From assembly GCA_965644315.1 (NCBI GenBank), contig CBFFRQ010000018.1:806001-870000 (forward strand): DNA of 64,000 bases, in the 5' to 3' direction. The DNA comes from Caecitellus pseudoparvulus. Taxonomy: Eukaryota > Protista > Bigyra: Bicosoecida. A program made the translations under genes and the position numbers. The notes beneath the pieces were generated by a model. The model ran no database searches, was not told the origin of the DNA, and saw only the letters and a program-made list of their open reading frames with translations. This document shows, piece after piece, positions 49,853-60,840 of the stretch (the first letter of the stretch is position 1; each line of letters begins with the position of its first letter).

Positions 49853-52255
49853 ATGGCCGAGGCAGGAGCGCAACCCGCTGCACGACAGGGTGGCCGGGGC
49901 GACCGCCGCCCTCGCCGGGACGGGGACAAGAAGGCCGGGGGAGCCCGCCGCCCGTACAAGCGCCGCGAGCTGCCCCCTGGGTACGAAGTGGAGGTTCTGC
50001 CGGAGCCAGAGGAGGTTGCGCGCCCCGATGTGGAGGCTCAGCGTGCCAGGGTGGGCGCCGTGGAGGCAGAGATCGAGGCGGCCAAGGCAGAGCGAGGCAA
50101 GCTGCAGGCCCTGATCGGGACGCGAGGCAAGAGGTCCCACGGCGTGACCAGCGAGGCTAAGGAAGCACGCGATCGCTTGAACGAGATTCGGTGCGTGCGC
50201 GGCCCGCCTGGCGCGGACGCTGGGCAGGAGGAGCCTGCATGGGCGCCTGCTGCAGTGCCTCACCGCTGACACACCTTTGTGCGGGTTCGCGCACTGGCTT
50301 TGCCGATTCTCCCTCCACAGCGGGGAGCTGCAGCGCCTGAAGGAGGAGCGGTCTGCTCTGACTGCACGCATGAAGACGGCCTCTGAGACTGCCAAGAGCA
50401 AGGTGAGTTGCTGGGTGTGAACAGCTGGCAGTCTGGCGCGACACCTGTCTTCCGCAGGGAGCCTGCTCCCGCTGCGGCAAGCCCCAGCTGCGACGTTTCT
50501 TGCGGCACCTGTACACTCTGTTGCACGAAGTCTCTGCTGGGGGCCCTAGGGCGCCCTGTGTCCCAGGCGCTGATGCATGACCGCGTGCGGGCGGTCTGGG
50601 AAGGTGCACTGCACATGGCACGCTCCCCACCACCACCACCTGCCTCTCTCGCAGTTCGAGGCGAGCAAAGCTCTGCGCGGGGACCTGCGCTTCACATCTG
50701 TGGAGAAGATTGATGACCGCGTGGATGACTTGAGGCACAAGCATTCCACGGAGTCCATGTCCCTGCAAGCTGAGAAGGCGCTGATGAAGGAGATCACTGA
50801 CTTGCGCTCCCAGCGTTCGGTGCGTGCCATGCCTGCTCTCTGCCACTGAGCAGCGAAGCTTCAAACTCAGTCACCACGTTGCCCCTCGCTCTCTGCGTGC
50901 AGAAGGTGGCAGAGTACGACGCGCTCATGCAGGCTGTCAGCGCAGCTCGGGACGAGGCACGCGCAGCTCGCGAGGCTGTGTCCCCCCGCTTGAAGGAGCT
51001 GGATGCGGAGATGGACGCTGTGCGCCAGCGCATGGACGCCCAGTGGCAGATCGTGAAGGCACACGAGGCCAAGCGTGACGAGCAGCGTGCTGACCTGCCC
51101 GCCCTCATCGAGCAGCGTGACGCCGCCAACGCCAAGGTGGAGGAGCTCTTCGCGAAGCGCCGCGAAGTGCGCGAAGCCAACCAGGCACAGTGGGACGCCT
51201 TTAAGGCGTACAGCTCCAAGGTTTGGGAGGTGCGCGAGGCGCAGAAGGCCCTGGACAAGGTCGGGTGGGACAAGTATTACGCGGACATGCGCGCTGCCAA
51301 GGAGGAGGAGGCCAAGGCTGCCGAGCGCGCGGCCGAGGAGGAGGCCAAGAAGCACCACCCGTGGGAGCCCGAGATCGAAGCTGTGCAGGTGCTCATCAAC
51401 TACCTCCGGCCCCTCATCGCCCAGCCCACGCTGGACTTTGAGCCCATCTTGCCCCCAGGCGTGGCACCGTCAGCCGGCGCCCCCATGCCAGCTGGGCAGC
51501 AGGTGTCCCTGACTACGTTCCTGAAGAGCCAGTCTTCCGAGGCTGTCGCTGCAAACAAGCCGGTGGACGGGGGTGCGGCAGCTGCCGCGCCTGCGCAGGA
51601 CTTCGGCAAGGTGCGTGTCTACGGCAAGAAGACCAGCGGTGCTTCCAAGACGGAGGGGGAGGAGTTCGGCTCCTTCATGAGCATGCTTGGCGGGCCCGGC
51701 AAGAAGGGCGGCAAGAAGGGCGGCAAGAAGGGCGGCAAGAAGGGCAAGGCCACTCGCCAGGCTCTGCCCGTGGGCGCAGCAGCCGACGAGCCGACGGAGC
51801 TGGTGGACACCAAGGTGCGCCTGGACATGTCCATGATCTCCCTTCTGGCCAAGCACTCTGTGCCCGTGCCCCACACCACCTCTGACATCCCCCCCGTCCT
51901 CAAGGCTCTGGGAGCCAAGCGTCTGGAGCTTCTGGCCAACCCCCCGAAGCCTGGGAAGGGCGGCAAGAAGAAGGCAGCCGCCAAGGCCCCTGCGCCTGCT
52001 GCTGCGCAGCCCCCCGCCGCAGCCGCCGCTGAAGCTGTCAAGGCTGACGAGGCGGCTGTGACTGCGCCCCCTCCCGGCCTGGGTGGTGATGCCGTCGACG
52101 AGGCGCCAGGCAGCGTGTCCCTGGGTGACTCGGTGAAGACCCCCTACGGTGCCGGTGAGGTGACGGAGGTGCGTGCTGATGGCATGGTGGTCGTGGCCAT
52201 GTCTGACTACGCCGCTGTGGGCTACCTGAACCCCTCTGATGTCGTCTTGGCCTGA
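49853..52255 (+). CDS. BFR1/proton-pump-interactor-like coiled-coil RNA-associated protein, 4 exons
   Basis: Exons 49853-50190, 50321-50403, 50655-50819 and 50903-52255. Motifs RPD..AQR..I, LRFTSVEKIDDRVDDL..SMSLQAEKALMKEITDL, HPWEPEI..LINYL, KKGG repeats, VPVPHT..DIP..L. Confidence 0.75.
51698..51745 (+). repeat. 12-bp tandem repeat x4 (GGCAAGAAGGGC) encoding GKKG
   Basis: Four direct copies are visible in the sequence. Confidence 0.9.
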
Positions 52256-52332
52256 GCAAGGAGCGCACGCCAGGCAGCCCTCTGCCAGGAACGCTGCAGC
52301 AGGCGCAATTCAAGCATGCAGTGCATTTGTCC

Positions 52333-53536
52333 TCACATGCCCTTGTTGTAGATGAGCGTCTTGACTGGGGCGCCGGTGCTGGGCTGGGTCAAGTTCTGGA
52401 ACTCGGGCTCCAGCCACGCGGGATCCACGCTGACCTCCTGGGGGAACAGCGCGATGGCTCCTGGCAGCGCCACCAGGATGCATGCCACGATGACGCTCAG
52501 CTCCAAGGGCAGCCCGACTGCTCGGGGTGCTCGGAGCAGGGCGCTCTGCAGGGCTGGCAGGCGCTTCAGAGCGTCAATGATGTAGGGGGGCATGAGGAGG
52601 ATAGGGATGGGCAGTACCACACGTGTGGCGGCTACCTGCAGGAGGCCCATGCGCCCCGCAGCCACGCTCTTGCCGTACACATGCCCCTCTTCATCGTAGA
52701 CGTCGATGCCGTTCAGGCCTTCCTTGTACCGCATGGCCATGGCGTTGAAAGCGCCGGCGGCGGCCACCGCCGTGAGGGGCACCAGCCGGCCGACTGCGGC
52801 CTTGAAGGCAGGCGAGCGGGCTGGGTTCGCGGCAACACGCTTCGCGACACGACCCATGGCGAAGGCCATGCCGCAAGCCAGCGAGCTGGCAGCAGCAAGG
52901 GATGTCAGGGCCTCAGTGTTGGTCACCTCCACCGTCGCGTTGCGGTTGGCGAAGTTGACGCCAGCGTTGTAAACCTGGTTTGCAAGCTGCCAAAACAACT
53001 GCGCCCCTGTGCTCTGGCCGAACATGACCATGCCCACGGCGATGGGGATGTTGGCTGGCGCGAAGAAGGACATGCGAAATACGTAGGGGATCTCCTCGCC
53101 CGTGTCAGGGTGCACCATGATGCTGTGGGTGAGGCGGGCCCGCCACATCTCGGCATCTGTCACGCCTGACGGGGGGATGTTCCCCCCTGCTTTGTACGCC
53201 TCTAGCTTCTGCACGGCATCTCGCAGCTTGTCTTGGGTGAGGAGCAGGCCCCTGTGTCGCCACAGAAGTAGAAGGTGGGTACAGATTACTGTGGAGGCAG
53301 CCACGGCAAGCGGCGAGCGGAGCTCACCCTGGGTTTGTAATGGAAATGAAGTGCTGAAACCTTCCCCAGTAGGTTGACATGTCAAAGCGGGGCTTATCTG
53401 CAGTGGGTCGGCAGCAGGACGTGTGGCCGACGGCTAGAGCAGCAGGTGCAGTGCACTTGACAGAGCAGCTGTGCCGGGCAACCTGGTACGCACCCATGGA
53501 GAACTTCGGGACATCATCGTCACCCCACAGAGGCAT
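52333..53536 (-). CDS. Sideroflexin (mitochondrial tricarboxylate/serine carrier family), 3 exons
   Basis: Introns 53398-53493 and 53252-53327. Motifs PRFDMSTYWGRFQHF..TNP, HPDTGE, FRMS, FWQLANQVYNAGVNFANRNA, MRYKE..GIDV, ALFPQ, YNKGM. Confidence 0.93.
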
Positions 53537-53746
53537 GGTTGGTTGTGTACGTCGAGGTTCTTGGAGCAGTCCTTGTAGAAACACAACGGACGTCGCGAAG
53601 CCACTCCGGCCAACTCTCAGCTGCCAGGCCCAGAACTGTGGCTTGCTGAAGTGAACACAAGCACAGCGGGCAGCGTGCGGTCGGGCAGCAAGGCGTGAAG
53701 TTCAGTTTTCGTGGATTGAATTATGTACTTTGCGCATAAGTGCCCG

Positions 53747-55801
53747 CTACAGGAAGAATTGCTGCACTACCACGGAGGCCAGCGCAGCCAAGAAAGACAG
53801 AGCAGACACCACAAGTCCAGCTTTGATGCGCACACCAAATATGTACCAGCCTGCCTGGCGGTGATGCATGGTGCTCACAATCAAGCTGCGGAGCTGTACG
53901 AGGCTTTCCGGCGGCGCGGCAAAGCCAGTCGGCACCCACGGCTGCCTCGCAGACAGTGTGGGAGAGTCCATGCCCTGGACTTGCACCCCCACTGCCTCAC
54001 CCAGAGCAGCCTTTGCGTCAGGTTGGCGAATGTGCAAGGCAGGGGTGGCTAACGGCTCGACTGGCTCTCTCACAGGTGAAGCACCTGATTCAATGAGCGG
54101 CTCAGCGGCAGGGGCCACGGCGGCCCTCGCTGAGGTGACCTGTATCGGGGGCTGTGGCGAAGAGGACTCCCTGCCTGAGTCTGCTGGCGTTGTTGCTACC
54201 GGGGTGGCATCTGTCCGTGCAGTGGGTGTGCGGAGCGCAGCTGCTGCCTCAAGCCACACTGTGCGGCGGATGGCCTGTGGCAGGGACATGGGCGCGTTTG
54301 CGAGGGAGACCACGACACGGTTGAACTGCTCTGTCACTTGAGAGGCAAACGTGAGGATGAGCAGCACCAGCAACATGGGGGAGATGACAAAAAACAACAC
54401 CCCGACGAAGTCTAAGATAAGCAGGGTATCTTGGGGCACGCTCTTGTCCCTGCGCCCGCCGAACAGCTCCATGAGCACCAACACCACGCAAACGGCAGAC
54501 GTGAGGATGAGCATGGAGAGGACGTCCGACAGGACGTGTGAGACACGCTTCGCGGCACGCGCTAGATAGCTGTGGTAGTCGCTGACAGCTTGCATCCACT
54601 CTTGCGTCCGGTGCTGCGCGTTAGCCTCAGCCGCTGCCTCGCCGCCAAGCGCCGCCTCTGCTGCGCCTACCTCGTGAGCCACCACCAGATCGCGCATGCC
54701 CGTCGTCACGGCTCGCTCCAGCCCATGAGCCAGTGCTTTGAACAGGCCTGCCTGCAAGATCAACATGAACAGGGCCAGCAAGGGGGACTCTACCGCAACG
54801 AGCATGCACAAACAGAACACGGGCAGCAGGATGCTGTTCACGATGGGCGGCCATTCCTGGCTGCCGACCAGCAGGTGTGCCCTGTCCTCCATAGCAAACA
54901 TCACGCAGGTGGCCACGAGTCCAACCCCAAGAACCAGAAAGATGGCCATGTAGATGCGGGAGTTCACGATGACATTGCGTCGGTACCGAGCTGCTTCCCG
55001 TGGGCTGAGGCGTTGCAGTTGCACCCAGCCCACCTGCAGGTGCCGCTCGAGTTGTGTCATGCAGGCCCACTCATCGCTTCGGACGAGCTTGGCCATTTCG
55101 GCGTCGGCTGTGCCGATGCGGCCTTTCAGGGACGAGGAGGCGCTGATTTGCCGCTTCACGACAGAGGTCACTGTGGAGAATGAGGCTGGCAGGAAGAGGG
55201 GGCGCCGGCGGTACGCCCACAGCACCCACGCAATGGTGATGTGAAAGAGAAACTGGCTTATGGTGAACATCGTTGTCAGTACATCCGTGGGATGTCGGGC
55301 CTCCGCAAGGGCAGGCAGCGGCAGGACAGCTGCGACCAGACTCACGCCCAGCATTGCAAACGCTGAGCACGGCATGCTGCGAAAGCACCAGCCGACGTGG
55401 AAGTCATCAGTGGGTGTAATCATCTCATCGTCATGACTTGCCGCAATCCACTGCGTGATGGAAGCGGTGTGGGCGGCGTGCTCGGCTTCACGCTGGTCTG
55501 CTTTCCGCTGGCGCTGGGCCACCTTCGCGGCTCCGAGCGCGGAAGCGGAGGGCGTGAAGGCCGGCGTGGCTTCGCCAGAGGAGGGGTCCTTCTCCGGCTG
55601 AATGTACATGGGGATGTCCCCCGTAATGAGGCTGCGGCGCGTGCTGCAGCAGCAGCCGTAGCACATGGCAGCCGTGTCCAAGGACGCCGAGTGTGTGTGC
55701 AGGCTGCTGACGAGGAAGGTGCGCAGCAGCACCGTAGGCTGCGCCTCCGAGCCGCAGATGAGCGCAAACTGCGCCGTCAGCTCTTCCTCTGCAGCGGCCA
55801 T
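53747..55801 (-). CDS. 7-TM protein, candidate gustatory-receptor-like (7TMIC/DUF3537-like) channel
   Basis: Seven hydrophobic helices, no signal peptide, long TM4-TM5 linker, and a split terminal helix GWYIFGVRI-KAGLVVSALSFLAALASVVVQQF ending at the C-terminus. Confidence 0.65.
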   Translation of the reverse strand: MAAAEEELTAQFALICGSEAQPTVLLRTFLVSSLHTHSASLDTAAMCYGCCCSTRRSLITGDIPMYIQPEKDPSSGEATPAFTPSASALGAAKVAQRQRKADQREAEHAAHTASITQWIAASHDDEMITPTDDFHVGWCFRSMPCSAFAMLGVSLVAAVLPLPALAEARHPTDVLTTMFTISQFLFHITIAWVLWAYRRRPLFLPASFSTVTSVVKRQISASSSLKGRIGTADAEMAKLVRSDEWACMTQLERHLQVGWVQLQRLSPREAARYRRNVIVNSRIYMAIFLVLGVGLVATCVMFAMEDRAHLLVGSQEWPPIVNSILLPVFCLCMLVAVESPLLALFMLILQAGLFKALAHGLERAVTTGMRDLVVAHEVGAAEAALGGEAAAEANAQHRTQEWMQAVSDYHSYLARAAKRVSHVLSDVLSMLILTSAVCVVLVLMELFGGRRDKSVPQDTLLILDFVGVLFFVISPMLLVLLILTFASQVTEQFNRVVVSLANAPMSLPQAIRRTVWLEAAAALRTPTARTDATPVATTPADSGRESSSPQPPIQVTSARAAVAPAAEPLIESGASPVREPVEPLATPALHIRQPDAKAALGEAVGVQVQGMDSPTLSARQPWVPTGFAAPPESLVQLRSLIVSTMHHRQAGWYIFGVRIKAGLVVSALSFLAALASVVVQQFFL

Positions 55802-56088
55802 GATGACTCCTTCTTGTATGCTCAGTTGCCAGTGTCAGGCAGGCGCGTGTGTGCAGGGCGCCCCAATCGCAGCCGTACAGTGGGAGAGCTCGCCGCGGAG
55901 CCAGCTCGCTTGACGCTGCTCGCCCCCGCGACTGTCACGCACGCGGGAGGTCACACACCGCTGGGAGATTTGAATGTTCAAACCAAAATTCACCCACCTT
56001 GCATTCAGTTCGCGTGGCTGCGGCCGTGTTGAGCATTGAAAGTGTTGCGCTTGCTGCACTGGCGTTTCTGGCCGTCAGACGCTGCGAC

Positions 56089-57734
56089 ATGGCAACTGGA
56101 GGGGTGAAAGATGGCATGCCTCGTGCGGGAAAGGGCGTTCCCTACGGCATAACAGAGACCCTGGCACAGAGAGTCTCCCAGTACAGTGGGCGTGGCCTCC
56201 AGTGCGGCCTCCCAATCCTGGATCTTGTGCGCCAGCTCGCGTTTCGCTACGAAACGCTGCGCCGCTCATGTACCCTTTGAAGCTCTCCCCTCCGCAGCGA
56301 AACGGCGGTCATGGATTGGCGCCATCATCAGTGCTGGAGATAATCAACAGTGACGTAGACGACTCGCTCCCAGTGCGTGGAAGTCGTGAATTTCACGCCT
56401 AGCAAGCAGGCACCTCCCGCAAGGAGGACTTGCGCAGATTTTGCTGCAAGCAGTTGCCCTGGCCGCGATGCCCGTGGAGTGCGGTGGAAAAGCGGCAAGT
56501 GTCCTGTTGATCGATCCAAGTGAGATTGCCCACTTCGCTCTGTGGGCCCTTCCTCGCGCTTCCATCGTCACGGCCGCACGCCTCCCCCGCAGCTGGTGCC
56601 TGTCGAGGCGGTGCCTTGACGCACATGCTGGGAAGCCTCGTCATCGCCAGCGAAGCCTACTCGCACTTGTTGCCAGGAGAGGGCCTGGAGGTGGACCCCG
56701 CGGAGTTCTCCAGTGTGGGGCTCCTGGGCACTCCAGCGGGCCAGGCGTTGCCAGCCCTGGCGCCAGCAGCCGCCTTTCACACCGCCGTGCAGCGGGCTGT
56801 GTCCGCTGCTCTGCACCGCATCTTCATCGCCTGCCCGCCCTCCTCGGTGCACCTCTTGGCCATTCTGCGGGGCGTGACGGCCGCGCTGGAGTCACCGTGG
56901 GAGCCCCAGGCCACGCCGCCTCCGCAGCCCTCAGCCCCCGCCACGCCGGTGCCGACACGAGAGGAGCACGGCAGTGCCACGCGGGCCATGCTGTCTGCCT
57001 CGTCGACGGCCGCGGACCCCCTCTCACACCCCCTGCCCCCTGCCGGAGCTGCACCTGCCGCCTCCCCCACAGGGTCTCCACAGACGGGCACAGCGTGGGC
57101 AGGAGGAGGAGGCGCCCCCCCCCCAGCTCTGCAGGACCTGGCTCTCATAGCCTTGCACAACATCGGCGCCTTCCTCCACGAAGACCGCGCGCTGCAGCCA
57201 CAAGTGGGGGTCCCCCTCCTCACCCAGGTCCTGGGTGCCCTGCAGGCTGCGCAGGCGGCCTCTGGAGCGGTGCTGGTGTACAGCAAGCCTGTCCTCTTCC
57301 AGTCCCGCCGAGCGCCAGGATCCAGCCAGTCGTCGGATCCCAGTGCTCCCACGGTGCCGGCGTCCACCTTCGCGAAACGCACGGAGGAGTGGCTGCCGAA
57401 GGAGTGGGCAGAGCAGCGCGTAACGCACCGCATCAAGTGCCGTCGGGAGACACAGCCTGCGCCACAGCGCCTGTTTCTGCCCAATCCCCGACACAAGGGA
57501 GTTCGCCCGTCGCGCGCGAGTTCGGCGATGGATGGCCTGGTGCGAGAAGCACACCTCGTGCGGCCTTACCCTGGGGAGGAGGGGGGGCGGCCTGACGCGC
57601 AAGTGCCGCGCATGGTGCGGTTTGCCTTCAGCGAGGCGGGGCCACTGGTGCAGCTGACAGAGGAGGATGTCGCAGTGGCGGCGGGGGACGCAGCCGTGTA
57701 CGGCTCCATCTCCGATTTGCTGAGCGCCCTGTAG
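56089..57734 (+). CDS. XRCC2: RAD51 paralog, XRCC2-like, with degenerate Walker A/B, 4 exons
   Basis: Exons 56089-56226, 56298-56372, 56438-56519 and 56593-57734. Motifs CGLPILD, VLEII, AMPVECGGKAASVLLIDP, LIALHNIGAFLHEDR, WLPKEWAEQRVTHRI and FAFSEAG are colinear with XRCC2 family motifs (ILPKSEGG..VLFID, LILDSLSAFYWIDR, YL..AW...V.HR, F.I.E.G). Confidence 0.72.
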
Positions 57735-57930
57735 GGGGGGGGGGTGGCGTTGCCTGCAGTGTGCGGTAACCCTCAATTCCCAGACACCGTCAAGCCAGGT
57801 CTGAGAAGGCCACTCTCCACTCTTGGCCCTGCACGCCACTGCATGTGTGCCGCGGCGGTGACTGCATTTCGTGGCCTGCAAGGTGTCAGGGACGACGAGG
57901 TGTGTGCTTCAGCGGGCCCAGCGTGGAGAC

Positions 57931-59287
57931 ATGGCTGCCGAGGGTCAGGGAGCCGACGACCTCGGCGTGAACTTCGCCTTGGACAGCGATGACGGGGACT
58001 CCAGTGACGGCGGCAGCGCGTCGGAGGTGGAGTTCGTCACGGCAGCCCCTGGGCACGAGGACAGTGGCGGCGACAGTGATGAGGAGCCCGGCATGACGCT
58101 GTTCTCAGGCACTGCGCGCAAGAAGGCCAGGCTGCAGCACGAGGCGAAAGAAGCAGAGCAGGAGAGCCGAGTGGTTGAGGCGCCTGCCACAGCTGCTGCG
58201 GCTGTAGCCGCCACAGACGAGCCAGCTCAGGACCAGCTCAAGAAGACCAAGAAACCAGTGTGTGCGTGAGACGCGAGACTACAGGCTGCCTGTCACAGCG
58301 CGACTCGACAGCGACACGAAGCGCCCACGCACATCCCTCCCATGCCTTGTGTGCAGCCGAGGCCAAGAAGGAGAAGCTGCGCAAGCTGAAGGAGAAGGCC
58401 AAGGCGAAGAAGGCTGCTCGAGCTGCGGAAAAAGAAGCTGCCACTGGTGCGAGGGCTGTGGCGAACAAGTCCACGCACGAACAAGCTGATGAACTATGGG
58501 ACTTCATTTTGAAGCACAAGACGGTGCATCTGTCCGACTTGGAGCTGGACGCGCTCAAGCTGAAAGGTGCGCGCAGCCTTCCAAGCATCCGGTTTGTGTG
58601 GCGCAATTTCCGCAGCTCGCCCACCCTCCTCTGCGCCTCGCAGCCAAGCACATCCAGCCAGTACACGACAACGTGCGAGTGTCCAGCACAGAAGATGATG
58701 CGGGGGGCAAGAAGACTGGGTCTCGGAAACACAAGGTGGACGCGGGGGGTGTCAAGTGGCCCTCGGCCATGAAGGCTGTCGTTCCTGGGTGGAAGGCCTT
58801 GGTGGCAGCTGGCGGCAAGCCGAAGGGCGGGGGCAAGCGCGGCGGGACGAAGCGCGCGCGTGGCAGTGACGAAGCGCCGCCGGCTACGGAAGCCGAGGCG
58901 ACCGCCGTGCCCCACGGCGCCCCCTTCGTCGTGGTGGCCAGCACGTCCGCTCGGCGCGCAGTCGCGGTGCGGCACTGCCTCGTGCCGCTGCACTGGAAGG
59001 TGGCCAAGCTCTTCGCGAAGCACATGAAGGTGACGGAGCAGGGGGAGGGCCTCGCCGCGTCGGTGTGGCACGCGGGCGTGGGCACCCCCTCCCGCATCAG
59101 CACCCTCATCGAGGGGGGGTACCTCCTGCCCGACCGCATGGTCACCCTCATCCTGGACACCGCCCCCAACTCCAAGGGCTACGACATCCTGACGCTGAAG
59201 GAGACCCAGGCAGACGTCGCAGACTTGCTGGCGCGCCACATCCTGCCCCTCACCGCCACGGGACGAGCTAAGATCGCGCTTGTGTAG
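57931..59287 (+). CDS. CMSS1: CMS1/CMSS1 ribosome biogenesis factor (half DEAD-box fold), 3 exons
   Basis: Exons 57931-58261, 58357-58566 and 58644-59287. Motifs ADDL, LSDLEL, STSARRAVAV, VAKLFAKHMKVTEQ, VGTPSRISTLI, LILD. Confidence 0.87.
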
Positions 59288-59313
59288 GCCCACCCCTGGT
59301 CCCGCTTGCCTGC

Positions 59314-59321
59314 AATGCATT
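59314..59321. promoter_or_regulatory. Palindromic AATGCATT in the convergent CMS1/WDR4 gap; candidate bidirectional 3'-processing signal
   Basis: AATGCA reads on both strands inside a 39-nt gap, and the same hexamer follows six other stop codons. Confidence 0.45.
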
Positions 59322-59326
59322 TCGCC

Positions 59327-60840
59327 TCACTGCCCTGCAGCGCCAGAACTGGTCGCCTCCGCCGCAGCTGCCGCCGCTGCCGCCTCGGCAGTGGCCTGGA
59401 TGGCGGCAGCGGCGCCCTTGACGTTCTTCACGCCGCCCACTGCGAAGGCCAGGTCCAGGGGGCTGGGCAGCACCTTCTCCGCCGCCTTCCCAGCGGCGGC
59501 CACATCCACGCCTGTCTCCGTCACGGCGGAGCAGAGAGCCGCGGCGCCTGCGTGGTCTGCGCAAAGGGCTGGCGAGTCGCCGCCTGTCAGGGCGTGCACT
59601 GCCCCCTGGCAGTCCAGTGCGAGGAAGGTGCCTTGCTCGACGGCAGGTGCCAGGGCTGCCACCGGCGCCGGCAGCAGCACCCGTCCTTGGAAGGCGAAGG
59701 TGACGGCGTCCGCGTCCTCCGCCGCGCCGGGGTCGGCCGTGCCGGCGCCGGTGGGGTTGTATTCCAGGCGGAACACCAGGGCCTGAGGCACGCCGTACAC
59801 GGCCACCACCACGTCAGCGCCCTGCGTAGCGCAGGCTGTGATGGGGTGGCTGCAGTACGTGAAGACGGTGAGGGGGCGTTGCTTGGCACCCGATGCACGT
59901 GTCACCGCCTCCACCTCGCTGTCGGCGGGGCCGGAGGCACTGCTGGCGCCTGCCGCCACCGTCACAGCGGGTGCCTGCCCGCCAGGCGTCAAGGCAGGCA
60001 CAACACTGGTGTGCCCCAGCAGCACCGGCGCCTCGCCTTGCACATCCCACAGCGCGGCACGGCCGTCGGCAGCGGTAGAGAGCAGGAGACGGTCAGGCAG
60101 TGCAGCGGGCGGCTTGGAGAAGGCCGCGGCAGTCGCGATCCAGGTGAGGGAGGTGATGTATCGGTCGTGCAGGAAGGCGACGCCACGAATGAGGGGGGCC
60201 ACGGGGAACTCCGAGACGCGGATGCGGCCCTCGCGATCTCCAGTCGCAATGAGGTCGTCCTCTGGAGCCACAGACACCGCCGACAGCACAGACATGGCGT
60301 GTCCCAGCAGGAAGGCCTGCTTGTCCAGGGCAGGCACGGGGAACAGGTGCACTTCGCTGTTTGCGTCGCAGCAAGCCAGCACCGGCTGGCGCTCGGAGCC
60401 GGTTCCCGCCACTGAGCCGAAAGCCAGTCCCGTCCCGCGGCGCGATGTCTCCCTGCACAAGGCGCGATGTAGGCGCAGACCGAGTGGGGTAGCGGCCGAG
60501 TGGCAGTCGTGCACAGAGGCACACGCACCGTGTCCCGGTCACCTTGGGCTCGTCCTCTGTCAGGTCCACGACCAGCATGCTCTTGTCTGCCAGGACGCCC
60601 AGGCGTGTGCCATCTGCGCTGAGCTGCAGCGTATGGACAAGCTTTGCTGCCTCAATACTTTCGTGCTGCACGCGTGTGACCGTGCTGGCACCAGCGGCAT
60701 CCCTGCGAATGACCATGCGCGGAAATTGGAGCATGTCACAGCGGCGCTTGCTCCTCGCAGCCGTACGTTCGCTGGACCAGAACGACGTTCCCGACGCTCA
60801 GAGCAATGATGCCATGTTCAACATTGGCTACGATCGGCAT
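59327..60840 (-). CDS. WDR4: tRNA m7G46 methyltransferase non-catalytic WD40 subunit (WDR4/TRM82), 3 exons
   Basis: Introns 60703-60766 and 60453-60528. Motifs CDANSEV, LLGHAMSVL, IATGDREGRIRVSEFP..I..F.HDRYITSL, LLSTAADGRAALWD. Confidence 0.82.

Noticed and set aside
52321-53169. 282-aa + strand ORF, and similar long antisense ORFs (59306-60415, 59838-60809, 61664-62635)
   Set aside because: They are antisense shadows of sideroflexin, WDR4 and the PH gene caused by GC-rich codon bias, with no protein-like motifs.
57734-57744. Run of 11 G after the XRCC2-like stop
   Set aside because: An isolated homopolymer with no supporting structure.
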